This document shows positions 62,546 to 64,000 of a stretch of 64,000 bases of DNA, piece after piece (position 1 is the first letter of the stretch; every line of letters begins with the position of its first letter). A program made the position numbers and the translations under genes. The DNA comes from Octopus sinensis (lineage: Eukaryota). The stretch is from NCBI RefSeq assembly GCF_006345805.1, contig NC_043010.1:46996001-47060000 (forward strand), read 5' to 3'. Under the pieces are notes generated by a model that worked only from the letters and a program-made list of their open reading frames with translations, was not told the DNA's origin and made no database searches.

Positions 62546-62965
62546 ATAATAATAATGAAATTATTGTATACAGTGCTCAGGTGCACCACAACTTGTCAAA
62601 AGTGCGTATAAAGCATATGCAGTAATGTACAAATGTCTGGAAAGTGAACAGTGTATGAGTCAGATACATGCTTACATGTGTATGGAGGGGAGACAATCAG
62701 GTTAGTGTTGGCGAATCTCAGGAAGCATGGAAGTTTTGAAGGATGCAGTGCTCCAACAACTAACAACTGATGCTGGCAGTTTGTTCCATGCTTCAGCAAC
62801 ACTTAGCATGAAAAAATGTTTCCGAAAGTCATGGGAGCTGTGCTGTTTTCTGATTTTGTAAGCATGTCCATGGGTGTTAGACAGGTGGAGTTTGAAAAGG
62901 TGCTCAGAGTTATTGTTAGTAAGATGGTTAATGATTTTATGGGTGTCTGCCAAGTCAGCTGCCCA
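62546..62965 (-). mobile_element. 3' fragment of a related CR1 subfamily
   Basis: DTHKIINHLTNNNSEHLFKLHLSNTHGHAYKIRKQHSSHDFRKHFF...AWNKLPASVV parallels the ORF2 C-terminus at 58590-58860; same 3' stem-loop and AAT tail. Confidence 0.85.
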
Positions 62966-63000
62966 AATACAATAAATGAAAGCAATGGAATCATTATCAT

Positions 63001-63360
63001 AGGTGCAAGTGTGGTTGCTTTTGAATCACATGGGTTTGGGTTCAGTCCCACTGCATGGCACCTTGGGCAAGTGTCTTCAACCAACCCCAAATCAACCTAA
63101 GCCTTGTGAGTGGATTTGGTTGATGGAAACTGCAACAAGCCTGTCATATGTGTGTGTGTGTGTGTGCATGTTTTTGTGTTTGTCTCTCCACTGTTGCTTG
63201 ACAACCAGTGTTGGATTATTTGCATCATGGCTTAGCGATTTGGCAAAATCAGGCTTAAAAATAAAATAAGGCCTTGGATTCGATTTGTTCAACTTAACCC
63301 TTCGAGGTGTTGCTTCAACATGGCTATAGTCTAAAGTCTGAAATAAATAAAAGATAAAGG
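63001..63360 (+). repeat. tRNA-derived SINE, diverged
   Basis: Same family as 13087-13448. Confidence 0.7.
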
Positions 63361-63604
63361 CTAAGGATAATACACACACACACATATGTAACATCACAAG
63401 CAGAGTCCTTCATTATAAATTAAGAAAGAGAGCAACTCTTATAGCAACGTTTAGCCATTTCTTTTGCACAATAGCTTTTATTCAGCTCTCACAACAGTAG
63501 CACATTGTTATGACTTGGTTAACAACTAAAACACTAAAAGTTCTTGGTGATCAAATCCTTTGTGGTATTTTGTATACTACTTAAGCTGAGCGGCAAAGTT
63601 TCAC

Positions 63605-63677
63605 AGCCACTGCTGCTGCTACTGCCACTACTACTACTACTACTACCACCACCACCACCACCACCACCACCACCACC

Positions 63678-63742
<65 letters not shown>

Positions 63743-63770
63743 CACTACTGCTGCTGCTACTGCTGTTACA
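63605..63770. repeat. (CTA)n/(CCA)n/(CTG)n compound trinucleotide repeat
   Basis: Direct inspection. Confidence 0.9.
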
Positions 63771-64000
63771 AGAGGTAAAGTATTTGTTGTTGGTTATTTA
63801 AAAAAATTTTGTTTATTGTGTTTCAGGAGAGTGATGAGTGACCCCAATAATACCTACCAGCAGTTCCAGTGCAAGAGTGCTTCTTCTTCTTCTTTGCATT
63901 GTATGTACCACAGTGTTCTGTTCCCTTCTCAGACAGGAGGGTAGGCGGTGGTGGTGGTGGTGGTGGTGCTGAAATCTTGTAGCTAGAAAATAATGGCAAT

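Overview
This is an AT-rich eukaryotic window, most likely from an octopus or other cephalopod (inferred from the repeat families, dense TA/CA microsatellites and a cox1 NUMT that reads in the invertebrate mitochondrial code). It holds one clearly recognisable protein-coding gene: an intronless 900-aa FBXW7/Archipelago homologue (17678-20380, +). That protein has an intact D-domain, F-box and WD40 propeller with all three phosphodegron-binding arginines. Unusually, it begins with a ComEA/HHH_3-type double helix-hairpin-helix module joined to the core by a ~290-aa Ser/Thr-rich linker; this is the strongest candidate for a novel system. The rest is mostly repeats: tRNA-derived and (CAT)n-tailed SINE-like families, hAT, piggyBac and Tc1/mariner MITEs, Helitron/Helentron-like elements and LINE relics. 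A 5'-truncated but well-preserved CR1 LINE (58522-62337, -) has a canonical -1 slippery heptamer (G GGA AAC) just before the ORF1 stop, leading into an AUG-less ORF2. It inserted into a ~210-bp fold-back hairpin next to an LTR with a polypurine tract. A few isolated candidate exons near 4.4-6.8 kb could not be identified. All coordinates and alignments were done by eye; no database searches were run.
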